Positions 21,703-30,907 of a stretch of 39,987 nucleotides of DNA are shown piece by piece. Origin of the DNA: Chrysochromulina tobinii (Eukaryota); contig JWZX01003138.1 in the NCBI GenBank assembly GCA_001275005.1, positions 1 through 39,987 on the forward strand, in the 5' to 3' direction. Below the pieces are notes generated by a model. It had not been told where the DNA came from and ran no database searches. It saw nothing but the letters and a program-made list of their open reading frames with translations. A program made the translations under genes and the position numbers. The first letter of the stretch is position 1. Each line of letters starts with the position of its first letter.

Positions 21703-21864
21703 TGCGCGAGATTTTGAACTTGATGGGGGAGGGTTTCAACACTCAGGATCTCAGGTCATTACCCTATGGAGTTTCAACATAGTGGTGCGCGAGATTTTGA
21801 CCTAGACCTTGCATGGGGGAGGGTTTCACGAAACGTCAGAGCCACAGAGGTCATTACGCCCTAT
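21703..21864. repeat. Imperfect direct repeat, 2 copies (~65 and ~79 bp)
   Basis: tgcgcgagattttga...tgggggagggtttca...aggtcattac(g)ccctat at 21703-21767 and 21786-21864. Confidence 0.8.
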
Positions 21865-21989
21865 TGCTATTCGTGTTTTACTGTTATTTAAACCGTGTAT
21901 ACGACTAGACGATGTGTGCTTTCAGGTACAGGGTCTACATCGCCATGTCGCCGCAAAGAGTCGAGGGTTACGCGGGTTATTCCCATTAG

Positions 21990-22763
21990 CTTTGGCGGGA
22001 ATTCACACAGCCCGGAGCAGTGAGGGTATACAGAGGGCTCCTCGCGCAGCAGCTCGCGCACAGCGCGGCTGCAGCCGGCAGTGGGAAAACCTCTTGAACA
22101 GCCGAAAAGAAGCGCCGAAGCGGCTCGCGCGCGGTGCCCACGTGTAGATAGCCAGTGAGTGCCACCGGCTACCGGCTCTGCTTTGCATGTTGCAGAGAGA
22201 GCGTGGTCGTGCCGCCCTTCCACACATGGTGCCACACGAAGCGGTATGTGCGCGAGATGCGGTACTTGTTGCCTATGACGCCCGCTGGCTCGCAAGTTCC
22301 CGGCGGCTCGTCGGTGCCGGCCCTACGGTGGCAGTGTGCCGGCCGCGGCCACAGCGGACTCTCGTAGGTGAGGAAGCCGCGTGCTGCTGTGCGCCGAGCC
22401 GATACCGCCGTGCTCGCACCACTAGACGTGAACGGTAGCCGAGCTCACGCAGGCCTCGCCAGTGCGCGACGAGTTGCGCACTCGCTGCTGCTGCGGTGCT
22501 CGCATTGCCCAAGACGGATAGCGAAGCAGAGGCGGGTGCTCGGTTAGGTGCTCGGCAGCGTCCGTTGCGCTGGCAGGAGTGAAGGCGACGGCGTCTGCGG
22601 GCGGCGGATGGGCCTCGAGTGCCGTTGCAGGTGGCGCCAGCCGTCGGAAGGCGAGCACGAGCAGCAGGACGAAGGGGAGGCACGATCGCGCGTGAATGCA
22701 TTGCGAACCATGCTCGCCTTTCGTCGGACCGTTTGGTGTTCTTCTCTCATCGTGCATCGCCAT
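21990..22763 (-). pseudogene. Golgi-type sulfotransferase (Sulfotransfer_2-like) remnant
   Basis: Manual translation: N-terminal TM (LPFVLLLVLAF), 5'-PSB-like YRFVWHHVWKGGTTTLS (22246-22196), 3'-PB-like TAREPLRRFFSAVQE (~22135-22091). In-frame TAG at 22171-22169 and a truncated C-terminus. Confidence 0.6.
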
Positions 22764-23040
22764 GATGCTTGTGCATCACCGACTTCCACCGACACTACCC
22801 ATCGCACACCGACTGCCACCGACACTACCCATTCTCTCAGAGCTGCAGGCTCAGAGCGAGTTGATCGCCCAACGCAGCTCTGCCCGTGCTGCTGCAAGTA
22901 ATCATTGCCGGCGCGTCGCAAAAGAGCTGGCCAAACGGAGGCCGTCCCTCTTGCCACACAGGCAGCCACCGTCACTGCCGCCACGCCCAACGATTCGAGC
23001 AGCACGGCGTCCATACAGCGCTCCGTTGCTGCTTGGGCAG

Positions 23041-23796
23041 ATGAGCGCCGCAGGAGGCCGATCGGCGTGGGGTTACTTCAAGTGCACGCGATCTCTGCAC
23101 CCAGACACAGGCGAAGTGCTGCTGCGCATGCAACCGCCCGAGGATGAGCAGCAAGACTGGCCAAGCATCGCAATCGCACGCCCATCCACGCGAGACGTGC
23201 TGCAGCATGGTCCGTTTGCCTTCAAGCTCTCTCCGTCGAGCGAGGTGCTCGCACACCTGATCGTGACTAGGCTACGAAAGGCCCTCGCCGGCAAGCACGT
23301 GCTCGAGGTCGGTGCTGGGCTCGGCTACGCAGGCATTGCCTGCGCAGCCTGGACAGATGCCGCGTCGGTGACACTGACGGACGGGGACCCGATCAGCGTG
23401 GCCGCGCTGCGCCGCAACGTGGAGCTCAACGCGGAGGCGAGCGCTTTCGGCTCGACTGCCGTGGAGGCTCGGCAGCTCTGCTACGGAGGCGCGTTGTACA
23501 AGGAGGGGGACTACCGGAACGCGCGCGTCTTTGATTGCATCCTGTGCGCCGACTGCGCCTACGACCGCGCCTTCCACCTGCCTCTCTGCACGTCGCTCAA
23601 GCGCTCCCTCGGCCCGCTGGGTCGCGGCATTGTTGTGGCTTCGCGCCGGTGCGGCAGCCTCGACGACTTCACACGCTGCCTGCAGGCGCACTTCGTCGTG
23701 GAGGCGTGGGCACCCGATGCCGCCACCGACGAGCGCTTCCGAGGACAAAAGTGCTTCCCGAGCGTGTACGTGCTGCGCCACTTGCCCAGCGCGTGA
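23041..23796 (+). CDS. Methyltransferase family 16 protein (calmodulin-lysine N-methyltransferase-like)
   Basis: PSSEVLA, VLEVGAGLGYAG, VTLTDGD, LRRNVELN, FDCILCADCAY. Confidence 0.85.
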   Translation: MSAAGGRSAWGYFKCTRSLHPDTGEVLLRMQPPEDEQQDWPSIAIARPSTRDVLQHGPFAFKLSPSSEVLAHLIVTRLRKALAGKHVLEVGAGLGYAGIACAAWTDAASVTLTDGDPISVAALRRNVELNAEASAFGSTAVEARQLCYGGALYKEGDYRNARVFDCILCADCAYDRAFHLPLCTSLKRSLGPLGRGIVVASRRCGSLDDFTRCLQAHFVVEAWAPDAATDERFRGQKCFPSVYVLRHLPSA

Positions 23797-24021
23797 GTCG
23801 GCGCCGTGTTGACCAGCGCAAAGGCGATGCGTGCGGCGCCCCGGGCTTCCGCCGGGGGATAGAGTAGTAGAGGCGTCCGCACCCAAAGGTCCACCTATTG
23901 TGTGGAACCCTTGATAAGTTCAGATAAGTTTCAAGTTTTCCGTGAGCGCGCACGCTTCACCGTGCACGACACCCTCGCGTGGGTCCCTCTGCACCCCTCG
24001 CTCACACCACCGCGACTGTCG

Positions 24022-24303
24022 ATGGTGTACCTGCGCGCGGGCACAGTCGTTCACGCGCCTTCTTTCTTCGAGGAGGTGTTGGCTTTGCCCATCCGCTTGT
24101 ACCATATGCTCGTCTTCTTCCTGATGACGCTGATCGATCCCAAGGCCGCAAAGCAGGGCCCCGGCGGCAGCGGGGCGGCGAGGAGCGGCCCGCGCGGCGG
24201 TAGCTCAGGCGCTGGTCTAGGCCCCGGTGGCAGCAAGCGGCTAGGTGGCATGGACACGGTGAAGGGTGCCGGTAACTGCCCGCCAACAGGTGGCTGATCT
24301 TAA
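24022..24303 (+). CDS. SELENOK: Selenoprotein K (UGA 24295-24297 = Sec; C-terminus CPPTGGUS)
   Basis: MVYLRAGTV start, single TM ending FFLMTL, Gly-rich basic tail, R-x-G-x-x...PP..GG-TGA-TCT-TAA. This matches the SelK layout (human MVYISNGQV...FFKTL...PPPMAGGUGR). A SECIS-like hairpin lies ~85 nt downstream. Confidence 0.88.
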
Positions 24304-24385
24304 GCAACCAGGCTCGTGCCGCAAGCAGCACAACTTCTTGCTGCTGGCGTGTCCGCCTGGTGCCCAGCGCTGGTCGCCGTGCCGT

Positions 24386-24447
24386 CCGTCACGTGATGCT
24401 GCCTCTGACACTCACGCATGTGAGAGGAGAGCAGCGGAGAACGACGG
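24386..24447 (+). promoter_or_regulatory. SECIS element (type II-like) in the SELENOK 3' UTR
   Basis: Helix I ccgtc/gacgg; core GTGAT (24393-97)/GGAG (24436-39); helix II gctgc-ctct/ggag-a-gcagc; apical GACA bulge; mini-helix ctcac/gtgag. Confidence 0.7.
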
Positions 24448-24963
24448 TGCGCCGCTCAGCCAAACTCAAGGGTGCACGGGAAGTGAGTGGACGCTGGCAC
24501 GCTGCCCATGCAAGCAGCCCCAGAGCTCTCGTGTACAGGTGTAAAGTTTTGTGCACTCCGCTTCTCCGGGCGCGGTCGGTCGACTGAGTCAGGTTAAACT
24601 GCGCTGTGTTTGTTTTCGACTCCGCGCGTCCCCGCATGTCCAAAATCAGCCGACAGCGGCCCCGTCAACGACGCACCGACTGTCGCGACTCCGCGCGCCG
24701 TGGTGAAAGACGCCGCCGCGGGCGCGGGCGTCCGACCTCCGACATTCAGCGCGAGCGAGAGCCAGACGGCAGGCCACGCACGGGGCACGCGGCAGACACC
24801 TTACCATGCACCTTGCACATGGCCAACACGCGCGACGCGTTGTCGCGCGCAGAATATCCGAGAAGCCTGTTGAATCTGTGCTCCCTGACAGATCGCAACG
24901 TGTCCGCGAGGGATGCTGTCCCCTCTCGTCGCAGCTCGCAGCGGTCATGCGATCACCAACTCT

Positions 24964-25821
24964 CTATGCCTTCAGGAACGGCGCGGGCAGCTCGCGGCAC
25001 TGAGGGCCGGAGGGCGGGTCGAAGAGCGATGTGCGGCCCATGGGCCCCATCGAGTTCTTGAGGCCGTTCTGTGGGCCGACGACCACCTCCTTGCCGTCCT
25101 TGAGATTGTCAAGGAGCTTGACGGTGTTTTCGGGCGTCAGGTTCTCGAAGAACATGTCGTTGATCTGGACCATGGGCGCGTTGACGCACGCGCCGAGGCA
25201 TTCGACCTCGGTGAGCGTCCAGAGCCCGTCGTCCGACGTCTCGCCGGCCTTGATGCCCAGGTGCGCCTCGATCGTGTGCATGATGTCGTAAGCACCGCAC
25301 ACCATGCACGGCGTCGTCGCGCACAGCTGGATGTGGAACTTGCCGTTCTTTTCGCGGTTGTACATGGTGAAGAAGGTGGCCACCTCGTACACGTCCATGT
25401 GCGTGCACCCGAGCCGCTCCGCGATTTTGTGCATCGCCGCGATCGGCACCCAGCCGCCACTACCCTGTGGCTTAGGGAAGGGCGTGGCATTCGGGTCGGC
25501 GTATTTCGCCTTGATGGTTGCGTGCGTTTTGTCGAGCTGCTGCTGCACGATCCAGAGCATCGGCATGATCGCCGACTGCTTGCCCTGCAGCGTGTCCGGG
25601 TACTTGGACAGCGTGAACGCGATCTCCTTTTCGCTCTCCGCGTCAAACTCGAAGGCGTCGCTCACAGAGTTGCCGTCCGAATCGTGGTGCTTGAAGGTGC
25701 CCGCGAGGGTGCGCGACTGTGTGTAGACTGCCGCCGGAGCGAGCCGCCCGCGTGCGAGCCGTCCGAGCGCCATCGGCGCCGCCGCGTGGCGCGCCGCGAG
25801 TGGCAAAGCTCGTCGCAACAT
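24964..25821 (-). CDS. NDUFV2: NADH dehydrogenase (complex I) 24-kDa flavoprotein subunit, mitochondrial
   Basis: Arg/Ala-rich presequence MLRRALP. Motifs KQSAIMPML, VYEVATFFTMYNR, CATTPCMVCG, EVECLGACVNAPMVQIND. Confidence 0.97.
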   Translation of the reverse strand: MLRRALPLAARHAAAPMALGRLARGRLAPAAVYTQSRTLAGTFKHHDSDGNSVSDAFEFDAESEKEIAFTLSKYPDTLQGKQSAIMPMLWIVQQQLDKTHATIKAKYADPNATPFPKPQGSGGWVPIAAMHKIAERLGCTHMDVYEVATFFTMYNREKNGKFHIQLCATTPCMVCGAYDIMHTIEAHLGIKAGETSDDGLWTLTEVECLGACVNAPMVQINDMFFENLTPENTVKLLDNLKDGKEVVVGPQNGLKNSMGPMGRTSLFDPPSGPQCRELPAPFLKA

Positions 25822-25853
25822 AAAGACCTGTACTTGTAATGCCTTTTCCGACA

Positions 25854-25882
25854 CAAGTCAAGTCAAGTCAAATCAAGTCAAG
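25854..25882 (-). promoter_or_regulatory. (CAAGT)n array ~33 nt upstream of the NDUFV2 ATG
   Basis: caagtcaagtcaagtcaaatcaagtcaag. Confidence 0.45.
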
Positions 25883-26063
25883 ATGGACCCCCTCCGTCAT
25901 CTCCGCCCACTCCCGTCCTCCCCTGCTGCCTTCTGGAGCACATTCGATAGGCTTCCGTATGGTTGTCTGTTGTTTATGTATAGACTTGACTCCGACACAC
26001 GGATGGGGAATTGAATGTGCATGTCGAGAGAACGTGAGCCAGGTTTAAAAAGTGGAGCCTGTG

Positions 26064-28595
26064 ATGTCCAGAATGAACTCTCTCTCATCATTTTCACAGT
26101 CAAGGCAGCTTTCCATGTCCAGTCCGCAATGCGCGCTGGCAAGCGAGCTCGACTCTTACGCTCGCTTTCATCGTGAGCATCGACACAGTCCGAACGCCCT
26201 TTACCTCGTGTACACATGCCGTGCGCTAATGCCGATGGCAGACGCCACACGTCAGGACGATCACTTGCCGCGGCCGGTTGCATTCCCATGCTTGGGGGTC
26301 GGCGACCGCTTCCGGCTCATATGCTTCATGCTGCGAGCTGCGATTGCTTTTCAGCGCGTGCTGCTCATAGATTGGCAGTCGCCCATGCCGATTGAGGAGT
26401 TTTTCGAACCCAGCCGCATCGACTGGCGGCTGCGCGAGGACGAGCTGGCGGCGCTCAATCAGCACCCCGTCATTAGGTGGGCTCAAGATCTTGAGAGCGA
26501 GCCGCCGCGCACGAGGTTCCTGCGGATCACGGGCAACGCGCAATGGTTCGCGGCAATCCGAGCGTCGCCAGCTCAGAAGCCGTCCGAGTCAAGTCGCCAA
26601 TCTACCTCGCAAGGCATGGTATACGAGCCCAAGCTCAGCTGCCTGTGGCACTTCATCTTCAAGCCGTCCGAGTGGCTGAGCCGCACGCTGGCCGAGCGGC
26701 GCACGCGCATGTTTGGCAGCGCGAGCGAGCCGTACGACGCGCTGCATGTGCGGATGGGAGATGCGGCCGAAGGAGTCGCCTTCGAAGAGCGCTCCGTGCC
26801 GCGCACCGACAGGAGGTTTTCACACGCGACCGCGCTGCATATGATCCGATGCGTGCAGGCGCAGTCGACGCTGCCCCTGTTCGTGGCGACCGACAATGCC
26901 GCGCTCAAACAGGCCATCCAGCGTCGCAGCCTCGCGCCGCTCTCGCTCGCGAGCGCGGCCGTTGCCAAATCTCCCAAATCTCCCAAATCTCCCAAATCTC
27001 CCAAATCTCGTGGTGCCGGCGGTCGTGGGGTAGAGGGCGGGCATGCGGTCAGGCATGCGGGCGTCACCGCGCCGGACCTGAGCAGCCTTGGCGGCAACAG
27101 CAGCGCTGGGAGCGGTCACGGGAGCGCTGGGAGCGGCGAGGCGGCGCTCATCTTCGACAATGTGATGACGCAGGGCTGCTCGGACTGCATGGTGAACCCA
27201 GTGTGGCATCACAACTTTTCGCGCGCGTCGGTGGCTGAGATTTACATTGAGATGGGGCTCCTTGCGCAGGCGCGCTGCCTCTTCCACACGCTCTCCAACT
27301 TCGCGGGCGTCGCCGAGGCATGGCGGGGCGAACGATGCAGCGTGGTGTACCTGTCGAAGCCGACGCACGTCGGCCGGTGCAACATCGCGCTGCCCACGCC
27401 GAGGCAGGGCTTGCGACCGACGCAGCCCGAATCGCTGCAGGCCACGTGCACCGTGACTGAGCCCTCGCCGCCGCGGCTTCGATATGAGCTCGCGCTTCTC
27501 ATATGCACGTCGAGTGCGCACCGTGAGCGCTGGCGCCAGGTAGTAGAAGCGCGTTGGATACGCGAGATTCCGAGGCTGCTCGTCTCGGACTGGTTTGACG
27601 GCGATCGCACTGGTCTCGTCGGCATGCGCTGGGGCAATACGAGCGCGCGCCGTTCACTCGCCGGCGCGCTCTGCATGGCGCATGCGCTCGTTGGGCGGCT
27701 CGAGTGGCTCCTCGTGCTCAGTGACGACGCGGCCGTCGCCGACGTACACTCGGCGCTCAACTCGGCGCGCGCGCTGCTTTCCGGCGCAGTTCGCAGCGCG
27801 TCCTACTTACGCCCGTGGCTTTTCACGCTGCCTCGGGTGGAGGAAGAGGCGGTGCTGCTGCCGGCGGCGGATGAGACGTTGCCGGGGCGGGGATGCGTGC
27901 TGCATGGCGGCACCATCAGCGGATGGACAAGGCGTGAGGTTGGCAAGCGTACCGGTACTACCGGCGGCCCGTTACGCTCCGTCGAGGCGGTACCGGCTAA
28001 GGGAACGCCGATTCGCTTCGTCGAGGCGACGTGCGACAGCAACGAGTGCCGGAAGCTCCCAAAGCCGGAGCGCTCGACTCTGGACGAGGCTGCTTGCCTC
28101 GGGCCGGTGGCCCATCTCGACGATCCGCGTGTCAACATGGGCGCGGCGTGGCCACCGGCGCGCGGGAGCCGTTACGGGAGCCGTGCGCCCGCCATGGCGC
28201 CCGCCTTTTTGCTCTCGTACGGCGCGCTGCATGTGCTCATGGGCGGCGATCCGACGTCGGCGGCCGCCGGGATCACGATGGTCGAGGCGCCAGATGGATC
28301 GGGCAAGCTCGTGCCCAAGCCGCCGATCATCTTCCCGCGCCAGCCGGCCCTAGGCGTGGTCAAGCATGTGCTCAAGCCCTGCCTGGGCCGGCTGTCGTGC
28401 CCCTTTGGCGCCGGGGCGTGCGCCAACCGACCCGCCAAGGAGCGATCGAGAGACACAGGGACGTGCGACGTGCGTCGTGACCAGCGTGACGACTGTCGAA
28501 GCTGCGCGGGCGACGGGATGCATGCACAGGTGGCGTGCTGCCTCGCGCTCGCGGGCGTGTACGCGACCTATACGCGACCACACGCTGAGGGCTGA
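26064..28595 (+). CDS. Putative glycosyltransferase: fucosyltransferase-like (GT11/23/37 fold) domain plus a fringe/GT31-like domain
   Basis: GVGDRF, ALHVRMGD, LFVATDN, SNFA in the first half. EWLLVLSDDA, FLLSYGAL and a Cys-rich end in the second half. Start uncertain (26064, 26073 or 26115). Confidence 0.6.
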   Translation: MSRMNSLSSFSQSRQLSMSSPQCALASELDSYARFHREHRHSPNALYLVYTCRALMPMADATRQDDHLPRPVAFPCLGVGDRFRLICFMLRAAIAFQRVLLIDWQSPMPIEEFFEPSRIDWRLREDELAALNQHPVIRWAQDLESEPPRTRFLRITGNAQWFAAIRASPAQKPSESSRQSTSQGMVYEPKLSCLWHFIFKPSEWLSRTLAERRTRMFGSASEPYDALHVRMGDAAEGVAFEERSVPRTDRRFSHATALHMIRCVQAQSTLPLFVATDNAALKQAIQRRSLAPLSLASAAVAKSPKSPKSPKSPKSRGAGGRGVEGGHAVRHAGVTAPDLSSLGGNSSAGSGHGSAGSGEAALIFDNVMTQGCSDCMVNPVWHHNFSRASVAEIYIEMGLLAQARCLFHTLSNFAGVAEAWRGERCSVVYLSKPTHVGRCNIALPTPRQGLRPTQPESLQATCTVTEPSPPRLRYELALLICTSSAHRERWRQVVEARWIREIPRLLVSDWFDGDRTGLVGMRWGNTSARRSLAGALCMAHALVGRLEWLLVLSDDAAVADVHSALNSARALLSGAVRSASYLRPWLFTLPRVEEEAVLLPAADETLPGRGCVLHGGTISGWTRREVGKRTGTTGGPLRSVEAVPAKGTPIRFVEATCDSNECRKLPKPERSTLDEAACLGPVAHLDDPRVNMGAAWPPARGSRYGSRAPAMAPAFLLSYGALHVLMGGDPTSAAAGITMVEAPDGSGKLVPKPPIIFPRQPALGVVKHVLKPCLGRLSCPFGAGACANRPAKERSRDTGTCDVRRDQRDDCRSCAGDGMHAQVACCLALAGVYATYTRPHAEG
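26965..27009 (+). repeat. 9-bp coding repeat x5 encoding (KSP)n
   Basis: ccaaatctc x5, translating as AKSPKSPKSPKSPKS. Confidence 0.95.
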
Positions 28596-28970
28596 GCGCT
28601 GAGCCTGAGTGAGGTGACACTCCACAGCCGGGTCTTCATCGCGACCGAACACTGTTGTTCACTGTAATCTGTACGCGGCCGTAACGCGGCCGTGCACTCT
28701 CGCACTGGCACACGTGTGGCTACGCCCTAAGAAACCCTAACCCTGCCGAGTGGATCGCCAGACCAAGAACGTCGATCGTCGTGTCCCCGGCGTGACCGCC
28801 CTCGCGACCACCGCGTGTCCGTAGCGGAGCCTGCGGGCCGTCGTGCGGCTCGGCGTGATAGGCGTGATTGGACGGGAGATTGCCGTACACCCGGTTCGCT
28901 TAATTACCGTTTCGGTTAACCGGCCCCCGCGGTGCCCGAAAACGACGCACCGCGCACGCTATAAATCCCC

Positions 28971-29003
28971 ATCTCCACTCGATCTCCACTCGATCTCCAC
29001 TCG
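28971..29003. repeat. 11-bp tandem repeat x3
   Basis: atctccactcg x3, immediately after tataaa (28960-28965). Confidence 0.9.
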
Positions 29004-29050
29004 CGCGCGTGCCAGAAGCCCGCAGCCCGTCGAGCAGCCCGGACGCCCGT

Positions 29051-30733
29051 TCACGAGGTCCCCGGGTGAGGCGAGGGCGGGGGCATCCTAACTAGGGTAT
29101 CCGGATCCGCTTCGAGTCGACTGAGCGAGCCTGCGAGCTCTCGCAGCTCATTGCGCATTCGTCTCGTAGCGCGCCGATCCGGCTGGGCGTGCGAGCTCAT
29201 GCGGGCGGCCTCTTCGGGCTGAACGGCGCGCATGAGTTGCTGCAGGTGCTGCACGAGCTCGGGCGGCAGCTGCACGCCGAGCTGCACCGCACCGTTGCAC
29301 AGCATCGCCACGTCACGGCAGTGCTGCGGGTCGCGCATCCAAGCGTCGATGGCGGCGCTCCCGTAGAGACCCTCGCTGCCTTCAAACTCGGCCTGGCGCC
29401 GCCCCGCGCCCACCTCGCGCTTGAGGTGCTCAACAAGGCGCGCTGAGATTGCGACGAGCTCAGGAGGCGCCGCAGCCCCGCGCGCGCTTGGCAGGCGCGA
29501 GAGGGCGTGCATCGAGATTGCAACCTCGGCGAGCGCGCACCCGAGCAGCGGCCGCGCCCCAGAGCCAACGGCGTCGCCGCCGACGGCACGGGTGCCGCCC
29601 GCAGCCCCAACAGGGACGAGCGCTGTAGCGGGCGCGTCGCGCAGCTCGGACTGGGCGCACGTGAGCAGCCGCGCGCTCAGCGTGGTCACCGCGGCCGGAT
29701 GGTCCCATTGCATGCGCCCCAGCGCGGCAAGGGTGACAGCCACGTGCGCGGCGCCGAAGCTCTCCGCCTTGAGCACTGCCTCGTCCGCAAGCGCCTGCAG
29801 CGCACTCGGGATCCAAATGCGCGCCGTCGCGAGCGCACCGAACATCTCGCTGATGCCCTTGGGTTCCATATCGGTGAGCAGTGTCGGCAGTTGCGAGGCG
29901 GCGAGGCGCACGAGGGGCTCGTCGTGGAAGCCGAGCGAGGCGAACGACGAGAGCAGCCGCGGCAGCTCCTGCGCACCAAACTGATCGATATTGGGCACCG
30001 CCGCGCGCGAGAGCGCCGTGAGCGCTGTCGGCGGAGCGAGCTGCAGATCAGCCAGCCCATGAGCAGTGAGCATCATCTCGATCGCGTGGAAGCTCGAGGC
30101 GTCGCTGACGACGCGCGAGAGCAGCTTGGGCATCAGCTCGTCGTCGTGCCGTCGGAGTTGGCCGAGCGAGTACACGACACTCGCCACGTCACGCTGCGAA
30201 AAGTGCGTGAGCGCCTTCTCCGCCGCTGCAGCGCAAAGGGCCGTGAGCACAGGCTCACTCGAGCAGCGCATGTAGGCCGCACCGAGCAGCGCGTTGGCCA
30301 CCTCGCGAGAGGGCAGGTAGGGCGCGCTCGCGACCAAGTCGGCGTACAGCTCGATGGCCGCAGGGTGGTTTGCGAGTGGGTCGCGGTTGATCTTGGCAGC
30401 CGAATTGCGGTTCAAGCGACCGAGAGCGTAGAACGCAGCGGCGGCATCGCGTGGCGAGAGCAGCGCGCGCTTCTTCTGGTAGAGCTTGAGCACGTTCGAG
30501 GGGCGACCAATCTTGCCAAAGTGCGGCACCGTCAGCTCCTCTTGGACGGCGCGCCGCTGCCACATCGCTGCTCTCTCTGCCGCCCTGCGAAGCTCCTCCT
30601 CCCGCTTGATGTCTTTGCGCGAGAAAGCGGGCGGCTGTGGCAGGATTGCCATCGAGCGCACGCTCAGAGTGCAGCCGCACTGACGCGACCAGACGCTCGC
30701 TCGTTGAAAGAGGCGTGCGACGCCACGATGCAT
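29051..30733 (-). CDS. Organelle-targeted helical-repeat RNA-binding protein (OPR/HPR/FASTK-like)
   Basis: Mitochondrial-like presequence. ~37-aa repeats such as FSQRDVASVVYSLGQL, FGAQELPRLLSSFASL, MEPKGISEMFGALAT, FGAAHVAVTLAALGRM. Confidence 0.7.
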   Translation of the reverse strand: MHRGVARLFQRASVWSRQCGCTLSVRSMAILPQPPAFSRKDIKREEELRRAAERAAMWQRRAVQEELTVPHFGKIGRPSNVLKLYQKKRALLSPRDAAAAFYALGRLNRNSAAKINRDPLANHPAAIELYADLVASAPYLPSREVANALLGAAYMRCSSEPVLTALCAAAAEKALTHFSQRDVASVVYSLGQLRRHDDELMPKLLSRVVSDASSFHAIEMMLTAHGLADLQLAPPTALTALSRAAVPNIDQFGAQELPRLLSSFASLGFHDEPLVRLAASQLPTLLTDMEPKGISEMFGALATARIWIPSALQALADEAVLKAESFGAAHVAVTLAALGRMQWDHPAAVTTLSARLLTCAQSELRDAPATALVPVGAAGGTRAVGGDAVGSGARPLLGCALAEVAISMHALSRLPSARGAAAPPELVAISARLVEHLKREVGAGRRQAEFEGSEGLYGSAAIDAWMRDPQHCRDVAMLCNGAVQLGVQLPPELVQHLQQLMRAVQPEEAARMSSHAQPDRRATRRMRNELRELAGSLSRLEADPDTLVRMPPPSPHPGTS

Positions 30734-30907
30734 GGCGCGCAGAACGACGCGGCAACTCGCTGACCTTTCTTTACAGACCTTCGCGGATCTATGAAGGTTC
30801 GACGGGTCCCTTGGAGTTCTTGTTCCTTGGTGCTGTGTGAGCGATCATGCATGCAATTCAATTCACACTTCATGAGTTCTCAACGTATCTGAATCCAACT
30901 ATTTTTA

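Noticed and set aside
24594..24900. Small ORFs between SELENOK and NDUFV2
   Set aside because: No motifs, and the region lies where the two convergent 3' UTRs are expected.
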